Shown one piece after another: positions 13,191 through 26,358 of a stretch of DNA of 64,000 nt. The stretch is from Octopus sinensis. Lineage: Eukaryota. The notes below the pieces were generated by a model. It saw only the letters and a program-made list of their open reading frames with translations. It had not been told where the DNA came from and did not search any database. A program made the translations under genes and the position numbers. The DNA is taken from contig NC_043000.1 of the NCBI RefSeq assembly GCF_006345805.1, forward strand, positions 76,198,001-76,262,000, in the 5' to 3' direction. Within the stretch, counting starts at the first letter, position 1; every line of letters begins with the position of its first letter.

Positions 13191-15344
13191 ATTTGGTAAC
13201 AGACATCAGAATAGTTGTTCTTGCTTTTAATGTTCCGTCATTCAAACATGTTAGAATTAAGGTTGTTGCCTCCACTGCTTGAGGGAGTAAGGAAGCATTG
13301 TATATAAAAGTGTTTGGTGAATTGTAAATATAAGCGTTATGAGCATTGTGGATGTAAGCATTACTGATGCTGCAGATACAAAAAGTAAAAAAAAGAGAGA
13401 GAGAATGAGGGAGAGAGAGAGAGAATGAGGGAGGAAGAGAGAGAGAAGTAGAAGTACAAATATGCAAATGTTAAATAGGGTAAGTGGGCTGCTATCTGTT
13501 TTAGTTAGTCCAGAGACAGGGAGAGAAAGGAAAGGGTGGAGAGATTACCAATATAAGAGAGGGATGGAAGGGAAAGGTAACTGGCTGTCTGGTAAGAGAA
13601 ATGAAATTTCCAGTATTGGTGGTGGGGGCAGGAGAGTATAAACTGACGAAAGTCTGAGATGGGGGTGGGAGAACAGGTGCGGAGGAGACAGCTGGAAATG
13701 GATGAAGATGGCAGATTTCGCCCTACAGAGTAAGAGAAATAGCAGTTAGTAGCCACTACAACCAGGAACAAGAGAGATACAAACAGAAAAGAAATTATTT
13801 TAGAGAACTGTACGAAATATGTATGTATATGTATATATATATATATATATATCATCATCATCATCGTTTAACGTCCGTTTTCCGCGCTAGCACGGGTTGG
13901 ACGGTTTGACCGGGGTCTGGAAAGCCAGAGGCCGCTCCAGGCTCCAGTCTGATCTGGCAGAGTTTCTACGGCTGGATGCCCTTCCTAACGCCAACCACTC
14001 CGCGAGTGGAGTGGGTGCTTTTTACGTGCCACCTGCACAGGGGCCGGGGGGTCCGGCATCGGTCACGATCGGTTCGAGCTTTTTTAGAGTTGAGTTGGGG
14101 GGGGGTCTAGCTGAGAAAGGTTCCACCAGTGGAAAGAGAGGGAGAGATAGTGGGGGGGGGGGGTGCAGGTAATATAGGGAAGCACCAGTGGGGAAGGTTG
14201 GGTAAGGAGGAACGATGACAAGGAAGGGTTGGTGCAGAAGAAATAAAAACGTAGGATATCACGAGACGGGGAGGGGACTGGAAGGAGATAATCGGATTGA
14301 GGCAGTGACAGATTCTAAACAGGAGGTAACGTAAGATCAGTGGGGCAGTTAATGAGCTGCAGTGCTAGCAGCTTGTCTTGGTGGGGGGAAGGGGTAGTAC
14401 ACAGTGAAAGCATGTGAGAAGGAGGGGTAGGAGGGAGAGACACATGCAATGGTGGTGGGGGAGGAGGAGGGAGGAGGGCATATCCGGTGTAGATGGTGAG
14501 AACAGTGTTCACCGGTATTGGTGGGGGGGGGAGGCGGGGGCACCGCCGAATGGCGGAAAGATGGAATTATGGATTGAACGTTAAAGAGGGTTAAATTTTG
14601 TAGAGAAAGATAAGCAAGTTACTGTATGAGTACAGACATTTAACAATAGTAACGAATGAGCACGAATGAGAAGTAACGAATGAGTACGAGTGAGGTACGA
14701 AAGATAATGAGATAAAAATGTTTTTGTAACTTGCTATATATATATATATAGTCAAGAAACAAGGAAAGGATTATTTTTGAGAGCGAGATTTCAATTTGGA
14801 AGTAATTTGATGAATTAATATAAATGTTTACAGTTTATAAAAGCAACCATGAACAAGAGAGAGTCATTTTAGGGAGCAGAGCAAACAAGAAAGAATTATT
14901 TTAGAGAGAAATACGAAATATGTATATACGTGTAGCCAAGAAGCAAGGTTAGTTATTTTGGAGGGCAGAACAAACCAGAAGGAATTATTTTAGAGAATAG
15001 TATGAAATATGTATATATATGTAGACAAGAAACAAGGTTAGTAATGTTGCGAGTTAGATGGATCTGAATGAATGAGGCGATTAAAAACAGAAATTCTTAA
15101 CTTAGCTGTGCATAATTTTGAGTGTTATAAAACGGCAAAACACATGGTATAAACTGACGAAAGTCTGAGATGGGTGGAGGAGGAACAGGTGTGGAGGTGA
15201 TAGCCAGAAATGGACGAAGATGGCAGATTTCACCCTAGGATGTAAGAGAAATAGCAGTAAGTAGCCATTGCAACCAGGAACAAGAGAGATATGATATATA
15301 ACTTGGAGAGTGGCTGCACAACTTCCTAAAGATAGAAGGCAGGC

Positions 15345-16455
15345 AGTGATGGCCAATGGAGCCACCTCCAAGGAAACACAAATAACAAGTGGTGCTCCAT
15401 AGAGCACTGTCTTGGGACCACTGCTGTTCATAGTGGCCCTTTCAGACATGCCCTCAGTTGCTAAGATGGCCACACTTGCTAGCTATGCAGATGACACAAA
15501 AGTCTCTCAGACAATACAAAACCCTGGAAATATTGCACATCTGCAACGGGAGTTGGATACAATATACAGGTGGGCTGAGGACAACAACATGCAGTTTAAT
15601 GCAGGGAAGTTCCAAGCCCTGCACTACCCGCACACAAAGGTGAACGACATGCAGACCGGATACACTGGCCTGGGAAGAATTGTAATTCCTGAGTCAAAAT
15701 CAGTGCGTGACCTGGGCATTGACATGAGCAATGATGCATCTTTCCAAGTGCATATTGCCAATCTGGCAATAAAATGCACACAGCTAGCTGGATGGATCCT
15801 CCGAACTTTCAGAACAAGAGAGAAGGAGACACTGATGGTCTATTGGAAGACATTCGCCCTCAGCCACTTGGACTACTGCTCCCAAATATGGTCAACACAC
15901 AATATAAAGTTAACAGCAGAACTCAAAGCAATCTGACGAAGCTACATTAAGAAGACCGTCTCAATGCAACATATCAGCTACTGGGAAAGACTGAAAGTAT
16001 TAAAACTCTTCTCCCTGGAGCGAAGGCAGGAGAGATATGCAATGATATACATCTGGAAAATCCTGGAGGGTCTTGTCCTGAATTTTGGCATTGAAAGTTA
16101 CCCCAACAGCAGAATGGGGCGCCACTGCATAGTGCCAAAGATCCCAACATCACCATCAAAATACAGAGCCAGATACTGCAACAGCTTGAATTTCAGGGGA
16201 CCACAGCTTTTCAATATACTTCCTAAATGCCTGAGAGACCTGGATGTGGGTTTCTTTAAAACTAAACTGGATCTCTTCTTGTCAGAGGTTCCAGATGAAC
16301 CTACCTCTCGGCAGGAAACACAGATGCGGGCAGCGACATCGAACTCCCTTGTTGACCAAGTGCCACATATCAGAGGTGGTTTCACATACTAGTGTAGCTC
16401 ATTCAACGGTGGTGCCCCAGCATGGCTGCAGCTTTCGGGCTGAAACATTTTTAAG
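15345..16455 (+). mobile_element. 5'-truncated CR1/jockey-group LINE (RT and C-terminus)
   Basis: SGAP*STVLGPLLF, YADDTK, HLDYCSQIW and YWERLKVLKLFSLERR motifs; 3' UTR abuts (TA)n. Confidence 0.85.
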
Positions 16456-16461
16456 GATTTA

Positions 16462-16520
<59 letters not shown>

Positions 16521-16687
16521 ATGGGCTTCTTTCAGTTTCCATCTACCAAATCCACTCACAAGGCCCAAGGTTATAGTAGAAGACACTTGCCCAAGGTGCC
16601 ACACAGTGGAACTGAACCTAGAACAATGTGGTTGGGAAGTAAGCTTCTTTCCATGCAGCCACTCCTGCGCGTATATATGAGTGTGTG

Positions 16688-17580
16688 TGTGGTCTGATCA
16701 ATGAGTATCTGGGCTGTTGCCACAGTAATGAAGCTAAAACACACAGAGTGAAGCCACTTGGCACAGATTGACTTTGAACTCTGCTGTGCATGCACACTAA
16801 GTTTTAACATTCTAGCTTACTTCTACTGTTCACAGCAGTGCTTGGAAGGAAGGTGTGTAGAATGTGATTGTTGCATTGACCATTACAGAGAAAGTCGAGC
16901 AGAGAATCTGCATCAAATTTACCAAAAGCTTGGCAATACCTGCTCAGAGGCCTATGCAAACTTTTCAAAAAGTTTGCGTTGTTCTCAACACAATCAAGGA
17001 CATTTTGTGCAACTGAAACATGAGTGTCTTTTTGGTCAGCTGAAGGCAGTTTTGGCACAAACTTGGCAGACACGCGTCTCATACCCAAATATTCAGTGAT
17101 AATGGATTGAACTGAACCATAACTAATCTGCACATCCTCTGATAACTCACAGATGGTGATTCAACAGTTTCTCCTCACAGCTGCATGCATATCTGTGATG
17201 TTTTACTCAGTTCTGCTATTTGTGGGTCTCCCAGAATGTTTGTCAATATCAACATTTTTTCAGCCATCTTGGAAACATCCGAACCATTCGTACACTTGTG
17301 TGTAGCTCATACACTCCTCTCCATACACTTTCTGCAACTTTGCATAGGCCTCTGAGTAGATATCGTCACGACAACTTTTTCTGTTATGGTCAATGCAGCA
17401 ATCACACACTGCACATGTTCCTCTCAAGCACTGCTGTAAACAGCAGAAGTGAGCTAGAATGTTAAAACTTAGTGAGCATGCACAGCAGAGTTCAAGGTCA
17501 ATCTTTGCCATGCAGCATCACTCTGCATGCTTTATCATCATTACTATGGCAACAGTCTAGATACTTATTGATCAGACCTC

Positions 17581-17581
<1 letters not shown>
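16688..17581. mobile_element. mariner derivative with two inverted 5' ends
   Basis: Both ends carry (C)GAGGTCTGATCAAT(A/G)AGTATC and ~290 bp of the 5' region. Minus strand has an HTH (EECMSYTQVYEWF) continuing to MRRVSAKFVPK. Confidence 0.8.
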
Positions 17582-17627
<46 letters not shown>

Positions 17628-17744
17628 CATACATATAACAGAGGTGAGGACTGAAATCTTTCAAAGATATGTCAAACATCCATGTCCGCCGGTACAGTTC
17701 AAGTAAAGAATATATATAAAAATATATATTCAGAATTTGCCAAA

Positions 17745-19262
17745 ACAATAAATGAAGTATAAGGAAACAAAAAAATTGTAGGTGTTGATGATCTTTAATT
17801 CATAATCCAAGTTGGTACAGATCCAATATAAATTCTACAAATTGTTTTGGAGTCTAATTTATTCTTGGAATAAAATTAGATTCTTTGTCAGAAATTACAT
17901 ATTGGTATGAATAATTACAACCAACAAAAATATAAAAAGACCTTTCATAGCCCAGACGGGAACGAAAAAATAAAATAGAATGAAAAATAACTAGAATGCC
18001 AGACCATTCAAAACCAGAAAAATATATATAAAAAAAACCACTCCAGTATTTTATTAATGTTACAATTTACAATATGTAAATATCTAGTAAAGACAAATAA
18101 ATTTAATGAAACAAAAATTAGCTACAAAAATAATAGGGTTGTCTTAATTAAAAATTAATAACTACAAACTGATATATTATCCACTACAGAGTAATAAATG
18201 TCCAAATTCTAAGTTAATAAGGTAATATCAAATGAAAAGAAAAAGCAATTTTTTGTTTATAAAATAGTCACCTACAAGTAAAACAGTAGAAAGAGAAAGA
18301 GTAGTATCAGTGAAGGAAGAGGAGAGAAAATAGTAATACAGTGAAGGAGAGGTAGTGAGAATAATAGCCATGACTGAAAGAGTAAGAGAAAGTAGTAGCC
18401 ATTTGAGAAGGAAGAATGTTGAGTGTATCCTCTGTTCTCAACATATGAATGAGAAAGGAAGGGGCGAATAGAATAATAAAGAAGGAAGGGGGTGAAAAAC
18501 AGCCATTCAACTCTGTGTGAGTATATGTGTATATGTGTGTGTGTGTGTATGAAAAATGGAGGTATGTGAATGTTTGTGTGTGTGTGCATAATGAAAATAG
18601 GATGGTGAACATACAATGCTGAAAATAAAAACTAACAGCATTCCAATTCTGTTTGTGTGTATGTGTGTGCCTGGGAAGTATGTGAATGGTTGTATCTGTG
18701 ATTATTTTGTACCTCATTTAGTACCTTATTTAAATAACAATTAGCCATCATTATAAATGGTACAGGGTCAGCTAAAAAATAAATAGAAATATCAAAAAGG
18801 TTGTAAGATAATTAAATGAGTTAAAAGTAAAAATCCACTGTCTCACAATCACAGATGAACCAAAATTAAAACACTCACAATATCTTAAAATATTAAAAAA
18901 AAAAACGTGAGAGGAACCAACTTGAGTAGTAAATACAAATGGTGAAACATTATCAAACTCTCAAAAACCACTAAATCAAAATAAAACCATATAGAATAAA
19001 ACACCTGTAATAGGCATCCTTATTTAAAATTTTTAAACACACATTTATTCCTATGAACAGAGAAAAAACCCCTTTCAGATTTAGAGTTTAGCAGCCTTCT
19101 AGAAAATAAAACCAAAAATAATTCCTCAGAACAAAGAGAGCAGGACCTAGTTTTGTCTTTGGAATTAATTAGACTCTGAAACAATTTGTAGAATTTATAT
19201 TGGATCTGTACCAATCTGAATTATAAATTAAAGATCGTCTACACCTACAATTTTTTCCTTTC
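17745..19262. mobile_element. Two oppositely oriented remnants of a probable L1/Tx1-like LINE 3' region (~17745-18245 + and ~18720-19262 -)
   Basis: LVQIQYKFYKLF occurs in both orientations; the minus copy continues SCSLCSEE, resembling a zf-RVT region. Confidence 0.4.
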
Positions 19263-19652
19263 CTTAAAGTTCATATATATATATATATATATAGATAGAT
19301 CATCATCAACATCATTTAACATCCGCCTTCCATGCTGGCATGGGTTGGACAGTTTGACAAGAATAGGTCAAGGTAGGAGCCTACACCAGACTTCTGTGTC
19401 TATTTTGGCAGGACGGCTGGATGTCCTTCCTAACACCAATCACCTAGCAGAGTGGACTCCTGGCCATAACAGGATATATAGATATATCTTGAATGGGATT
19501 AGGAGCGAGTCATCTTGCTTAACACCCAGTGCTTTGAGGGAATCATCCCCACTGTGTTAACTGCAGGGCACTTGCAAACAAGCAAAAACACATACATTGA
19601 GTACGTGCAGTCAATAATGTTTACAAAACTAGTGCTGCTTCTAATTCATAAC

Positions 19653-19691
<39 letters not shown>

Positions 19692-19725
19692 GTATATCTG
19701 ACAACATAGAAAGAAAGTAACTTAC

Positions 19726-19840
19726 CAGGGTGATAAAGTTTTTGGGTAAATCATAATGGAGAACGAGATCAGTCAACAAAACATGGCCCCTTTCTTGTAA
19801 CTTCTCATCGATCTCTTCTGCTATATATTCTTTGTAATTA
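19726..19840 (-). CDS. UFL1: UFL1 exon 4, NYKEYIAEEIDEKLQERGHVLLTDLVLHYDLPKNFITL
   Basis: ccaag/GTAAG boundaries, 115 nt. Homologous to NYLDRLAEEVNDKLQESG...YDLPGNF. Confidence 0.93.
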
Positions 19841-20207
19841 CTTGGAAATTTTACATTTAAAAATTAAAAAAAGAAAATGAAATTAAACAATCAATATATG
19901 CATATTGACAATGAAAATAATTGCATTTAGTACTTGAATTATTGTAGATAATAAATATTTACTGATAAAGGTTAAAATATTGAAAAGTGGGAGAGAGAGA
20001 GAGGATGGGTTTGGGGGACTAAATTTAAACACAGGTTGTACTGTAAGCCAAATGAAAAACTTAGGTAGATACACAAACAGCCTTACCACCCACCTATCAT
20101 CTTTAAAAATTTTATTACTAATATTAGTAATGGGATATCTAACCTTTCTTCCTCTAAAATAAGGCAGCCTTCTATCAAAATAGTGCACTAGTCAATAGTA
20201 GCTTTAA

Positions 20208-21390
20208 CCCTTTTGTTACCAAACCGCCCAAAGCCACCCGAAAAAAATTTTGGTTCATGTGACCAAGCCGCCCAAAACCGCCCGTAATTACCTATTCATA
20301 TTTAAATGAGAATATCAGAGCAAATCTCATTAGTATATTCCTGAAAACACGTGATTATACTTCATAAACAGTTCATCTACAGTTTTGTATAACGATTGAT
20401 GTGTAATTTTAATTCCCTGAATTTTGGGAGATTTTTTTCCACATTTTTGTCGGCATCAATTTTTCTTCAACTTTGAAAATGGATAGGAGTTTCATGTTAT
20501 CAAGCATTGATTCCGAATTTAAAGCTTTTTCAACGGAAAATAGGGAGATATCGAGAAAAATAATCAAATAGGTACAGAAGCACGTGGTGTACAAAATAAT
20601 AAGATATTTTTTTATCCATTAACTGAAAGCAGCGATTCCGAAGAAACAAATCGGCAATGGCGACAGCAAAGACGATTTTACATCGGAATGAAGTAAAAAA
20701 ACTTTAAAAATGTTTTTATTAGCAATTTTTCCGAGGAGATAGAGTTTATCTATAGTCTTTCTTAGGATGCGAAACCGTTAGACTTTTATTTGTTTCAGTA
20801 TGCTTGTTTGAAGCGATCACTTCGGAAACAAATTTACGCAGATTGTAAACAAACACAAAATGGGGGATCAAAGTTTGGAAAATTTGTGAAGCAAATACTG
20901 GGTACTGTTGTGAATTTAATTTTTATACAGGGAAACTAATGTTAGTCAGCATGGCTTAGGGTATAATGTGGTCTGGAAGTTATTGTTTGAAGCAATCAAT
21001 GCGGAAACAAATTTACGTAGATTGTCAACAAACACAAAATGGGGGATCAAATTTCGGAAAATTTGTGAAGCAAATACTGGGTACTGTTGTGGATTTAGTT
21101 TTTATACAGGGAAAATAATGTTAGTCAGCATGGCCTAGGGAACGATGTGGTCTGGAATTTATCACTTCCATACCATAACCAGGGCCGTATATTATTTTTT
21201 GACCGATTTCTTTAGTTCGGTCAAACTTGCGGTGGATTCCAGTATTTCACTTTATTCCACCTTTATGGTACACCTGTTGTGCATTAAATTCAACTGATGA
21301 TCTAGTGATGTGCACAATTCTTCTTTATCAAAATTTTGTTGCATACCCATTTGAATATTAGCTGATGATTCATTTTCTATGGTTATTTTG
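20208..21390 (+). mobile_element. piggyBac derivative (left end plus core remnant), 3'-truncated, with an internal ~181-bp tandem duplication
   Basis: TTAA|CCCTTTTGTTACC left end; duplicated block at ~20804-20984 and 20985-21165; no right TIR seen. Confidence 0.8.
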
Positions 21391-22019
21391 TGAAAGTTTC
21401 CTACAGCTGGAATGCTAACATGAAAATCCTCATTTCTTTTAAGTTAACTAAGGTGCTAATTCCAGACTGCAACTTCAGGAACCCAGATACTTTTCAAAGA
21501 GACCAGGCATGCATAGTTACCTCATGTCTATTCTTTCAAATACAGAGACTAAAAGAAAAAAATACATCTTTAAAAATTTCTTATCTTGAGTTTAGGTCAG
21601 TGCAGTTCTGTGTGAAAATGACCTCTGAAAGAGATATACCAAACACCAGTCTTCTTTCTAGCATGGAACCTGAAGATTTGCAATATATTACACACCATCA
21701 AGTAATGAATGTAAAGAGATTAAGGATATTCATTATTGGATCAAAAAAAGTGCAGGCTCTGCATGAATAAAAGAACACACATTCTTATATTGAAGAACTG
21801 CACTGACCTTCTAAACAAGAGATTTACATTGAATAGCTCCCAGAACTGGTTGGAATTAAATGTAAAAATATTCAAAATATCTAAATGAAATGCATCTGTT
21901 ATTTGTCTTTTAATTTAACTGGAAAGATTACAACACTTATTTTAACTTTATTGTTCCTTTCCATCCATTTTTATCCACGTGTGTGCATGTAATTAGTTAA
22001 TACTTAAATAATGACCTAC

Positions 22020-22146
22020 CTATTTATCAACTGACCTAATACAAAACTTAGACCAGGTGTTGTTTTGATTAATTCATTCACTCGACTTTCTATATGAGAG
22101 AAGTCAACACAAAGAATGTTCTTCAAATCTGTAAGATTGATCCGAC
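22020..22146 (-). CDS. UFL1: UFL1 exon 3, GRINLTDLKNILCVDFSHIESRVNELIKTTPGLSFVLGQLIN
   Basis: attcag/GTAGG boundaries, 127 nt, phases compatible with flanking exons. Homologous to GRVNIVDL...VLGQLID. Confidence 0.93.
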
Positions 22147-23544
22147 CTGAATAATGCAAGGAAACAAAATATAAACAAAATAGTAAGCATTTTAATACTT
22201 CCTACATTATATATGTTGACATCAATTTACCTCTCTGCCTGTTATCTGTTTAATACTTCCTACATTAAATATGTTTACATTAACATATCGTTGTCTGCTT
22301 ATATGTCTCTCTAACTTACCACACATCTATTTCTAGTTAATACATTCAGTGTTCTTTTCTATTAAAAATATCACCTCTACCTCAACTCAACCAGTTTAGT
22401 TATTATGACCTATAACCAAAAAAAAAAACAGTAACATTTACACGCCGTCCTTTTTTTGTTTTTAACAAAACAGAAAGACTTTTAAAAGCAGAATATCAAC
22501 TGTGTCATCAACAAATATATGTTTAAGAAGTTTCACAATGTAGTTCCAGGTTCAATTCCATAACACAGCACCCCCGGCAGGTATCTTGTACAATTGTCTA
22601 ATGGTACTCAATAACTTGTGAGAGGAATCTGGTAGATAAAAGTTGTGTAGAATGATATTATAAATAAATATCATAAATATATATATTTGTATGTATAGTT
22701 TTTGCTGATATATATCAGCAAAGGATACAAACACTAGCATGGAAAAAAGCAGAACTTTACAAACCAAATACCTTGAGATATAGACTGAGTTAAAGACACT
22801 CCTTTATCATTGTTGTCATTAGAAATGCAATGAATTGGTTCACTGGAAATTTGTAACAAATGATCCTATTGGTCACCCATTATGATCATTCTCAATGCCC
22901 ACTTTTCAGTGCTAGAATGGGTCAAATGGAATTTGTTGAAGCAGATTTTCTACAGCCAGATGTCCTTACTGTTTCCAACCTCACCTGTTCCAAGTAAGGT
23001 AGTATTTTCCCTGACCAGACATGTTTTACATGGAACACTTGAAGCAAGCAACATTGCTTGTATGAAATTGATGCTTGTTTATAATCATATCAAAACAAAG
23101 GTACATACAAAACACACACACACACACACGTATGACACGCTTTTTTTCTGTTTCTGTTTACCACATATACTCACAAGGTTTGGTCAGCCCAGTGCTCTAG
23201 TGAAAGACATTTATCCAAGGTGCAATGCAGTGAAACTGAATCAAAACTACATAGTAGAGGGGAAGCTTCTCAACCACAAAGCCATACTACACATCAAATA
23301 AACATATTTAGCAATGGTACTGCCCCTCATCAAAAATAAGCCTTTTTAACTATGGTATTGCTCTTCATTAATAATAAGTCTCTTTAACTAGGTCACTGCA
23401 CTTCATCAAAATAAAGATTAAACAACATAGATATGGAGAGAAAAGGGATATTAAATGCTAATTAACAAGAATAAATGGCGAAATATGTTGAAATATCATC
23501 CTTCTTATTGTAGTAAACCACAAGTAAACAAATTTCTTTTTTAC

Positions 23545-23690
23545 CTCCATGAACATACAACTCGTCCAGTATTTCTTTGTCAAGATGTTGTAAAGTTAGA
23601 TATTCCTTGCCATCTGTGGTGTATATCACATCAATAAGTTTCAGTTCAAGTAGCTTTGATACTACTTCAACAACATTTTTCTCTGATAAC
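23545..23690 (-). CDS. UFL1: UFL1 exon 2, [48 protein letters not shown]
   Basis: tttcag acceptor, GTAA donor, 146 nt. Matches the UFL1 motif RLSERNCIEIV...TLDGKEYIT. Confidence 0.95.
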
Positions 23691-26071
23691 CTGAAATATA
23701 AACGACAATATATAAAAGCCTTCACTTTAACATAAAGACTATGAAACTGCACATATTTTCTAAAGATCACTGCTTAAATAATTAATCACAATAACAGAAA
23801 CTCCTACATAACATTGTTTGTATCTCCAGAAAATACTTTAGTCTCCAACTACTAATTCCCTACAAAACTCAAGGATGAGACCCACAATGGAATGCTGTTC
23901 CCATAACTAAATGCAGATACACACAGACACCATAGAACACCTCCATACAAAGGCTACTCCACAACTGACAGGAAGTTACTCACCAACATACTTCAATCTA
24001 TCCCACAGACAAGCTGTCTATTCTCTGTTTTTTCTACTGCTACTATAGTGATCTCTGCTATTTTTAGCTACCTGGTCTTGCACTACCTCCACTCAAGGAT
24101 ATCAAATTCAGCTGTCTCTCTGAGGCTCCACAGTAACCCATACAATCAGCCTTTCCTCTCCAAATTGTCAGCTGTCTGGAATTTCCACCCTGCTCCCAAC
24201 TTATAAATGTTCAAGAACATTAACAACATCAGTCTCAATAGTTTCAAAAAGTTTGTGAAGACCATCAGCACAGACTCTTCCTTAAGAGAAAACCAATAAA
24301 AAACATAGTTGCTATCTAACCAGACACTTACTGAAAGTAACACATTCTCTAGTTATTCAGATTGGTCCTCTTCCTCTCAAATTATCAGAGGTAGCCTCAA
24401 ATAATAGAAATGGGCTCAAACTAATTTGAGGCAATCTCAAGCTACAATTAACAATGTAGAAAATGATGACTCTTAAAGAGTAAGTAAGAATCTTAATAAT
24501 CATTAGTGAGTAGGCTTTCCAACTCTAAAAGCTGTTGTCCATATTTGTAAAACTATATCATCTCATAGAAGCTTGTATGAAAATAGATTTTAGAGAGTAA
24601 ACATTGTATAGTAAGAACAAGCAGTCATGTGTCTTGCTCATGAGACACTGAACAGCAATTGCAAAAGTTTTAAACTTTTGACAATGTTGTTAATTAGTGG
24701 TTCAGCTATTCACAGCTGTTGTGCTTCATAAATATTTAATTGAACAACTTTCAAATTTATATCTTAAATTAGAATCAACATGGGATTTATGCTGTTTTCC
24801 TCTTGAAAATGTTGAAGATACCTCAAATTGTCAGTTTGAACTCTTGGCCGCATATTCCAGACTTTTAGGAGAATACACTAGAATTGATTCAGGATTATAG
24901 TAATTTTTTTTTATGTTTCAGACATTGGGCTGTGACCAATTTGTTGCACCATGTTCAAGGGTTGAATACAAAAGTCATTACTACTGATTCTGGAAGGATG
25001 AAAGATAAAGCTGACCTAGGCAGAATTTGAACACAGAAAATATTTTATCTGACACTGTAATGATTTTGCTATTCACTGCAACAGATATACTGCTTGGATT
25101 TGAACCTAGTATTTACTGTTTGTCAGCTACAATACAGAGCATATGTTACCAAATACTATATATATATGTATCATATTATCTTGTTTTACTGACTACAATA
25201 TTAACATATTGTGTAACTGACTATAAAATAGAATATCGTGTATTAGCATATTTTGTTACTGACAACACTATAGGAACATCAGATATTAACATATTTGGCA
25301 TACTTTCACTACAAGAGATTTTGGCCATGAGCTTTTCCAGAGATTGAGACTGGGAGAGGAATATATTCTAAGATCAGAGAACTACTTTGAATGCTTGCAA
25401 CAGAGTGGGCTCTGTTAAGAGCAACTGAGAGAAAGCTGGGTGTTAACCTGAGCAATAATGGAATAAACATCATCAACTAAAACAGTCAAGATCATGTCTT
25501 TTCTAATGTAATCTAGTGAGGTTAGATGTACTTTCACAAAATTTTCATCTACCAAACATCATTGAAGTCTTTGGTCAACTAGAGGCCATGGAAAAGTACT
25601 CTCTGTTGAACAACTGACCACCCCAAACGATAAATAAGTTGCTGACATACTTAAGATTGGCTTCAACAACAATGAACAATTTATCACAAGGATCAAATTA
25701 AAACCATTTGGGATGTTGAACTTGAGAATGATGAAGGATTATTGTATGTTCACAATTCTGGTAATTATGGGCAGTATATATAGCTGTCTCACACCCAAGA
25801 GGTGTACTAACATATATCTGAATAAACAACAACTGATCAGAAAGAGGTCTCACATATGATTTCAAAACAAGCTTAACACCCCACCCCCACCAAAATGAAA
25901 AAATGGTGCTAAACCTGACTATAATCAAATTAGTTGAGAAGAAAACAGGTCTGAGTGTAGGAGGCCTCTTGAGAGATTACATTGATAAAAGATGAAAGTG
26001 AAACAAATGTGAAAATCAATGCCTGCTTCCTGTGCTAAAATGAAAAAAAGAAGGCATTGGAGGGGTGATGC

Positions 26072-26358
26072 ATACCCTGTGCACACACAAGGGTATGAAA
26101 TGTAATTTAATAAATATATTCTCAGACAAATTCATATTTCAGCAAAATGACATCAAAAGTTATTTGCCCTGCATATCATTTATGCATATGTAACAAAGAA
26201 AAAAAACATTTTGATTCACCCATCTGCCAAAATTTAATGAGTATTTCTGCCAAATTTGGTGAAAATTCGTTCAGCTGTTTTCCAGTAATTTTGCAAACAC
26301 ACAGAAAAACAAAGATAAGTGACTACAATACCCTACTTTTGCTTTCATGTGCAGGGTA
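26072..26358 (+). mobile_element. Helentron-associated (HINE/DINE-1-like) non-autonomous element
   Basis: 5' hairpin ATACCCT...AGGGTAT, 3' ATACCCT...GTGCAGGGTA subterminal repeat, and internal ggtgaaaattcgttcagctgtttt...aaacacacag motif. Confidence 0.5.

Noticed and set aside
17700-18250. Possible mitochondrial insertion (very AT-rich, protein-like texture)
   Set aside because: No recognisable mitochondrial gene in frames read by eye; it has an inverted paralog at 19170-19262 and looks like a LINE 3' remnant.
21390-21770. 126-aa plus-strand ORF in UFL1 intron 3 and similar orphan ORFs (22882, 25027, 33451, 36655)
   Set aside because: No recognisable motif, no ATG or splice support, and lengths compatible with chance.
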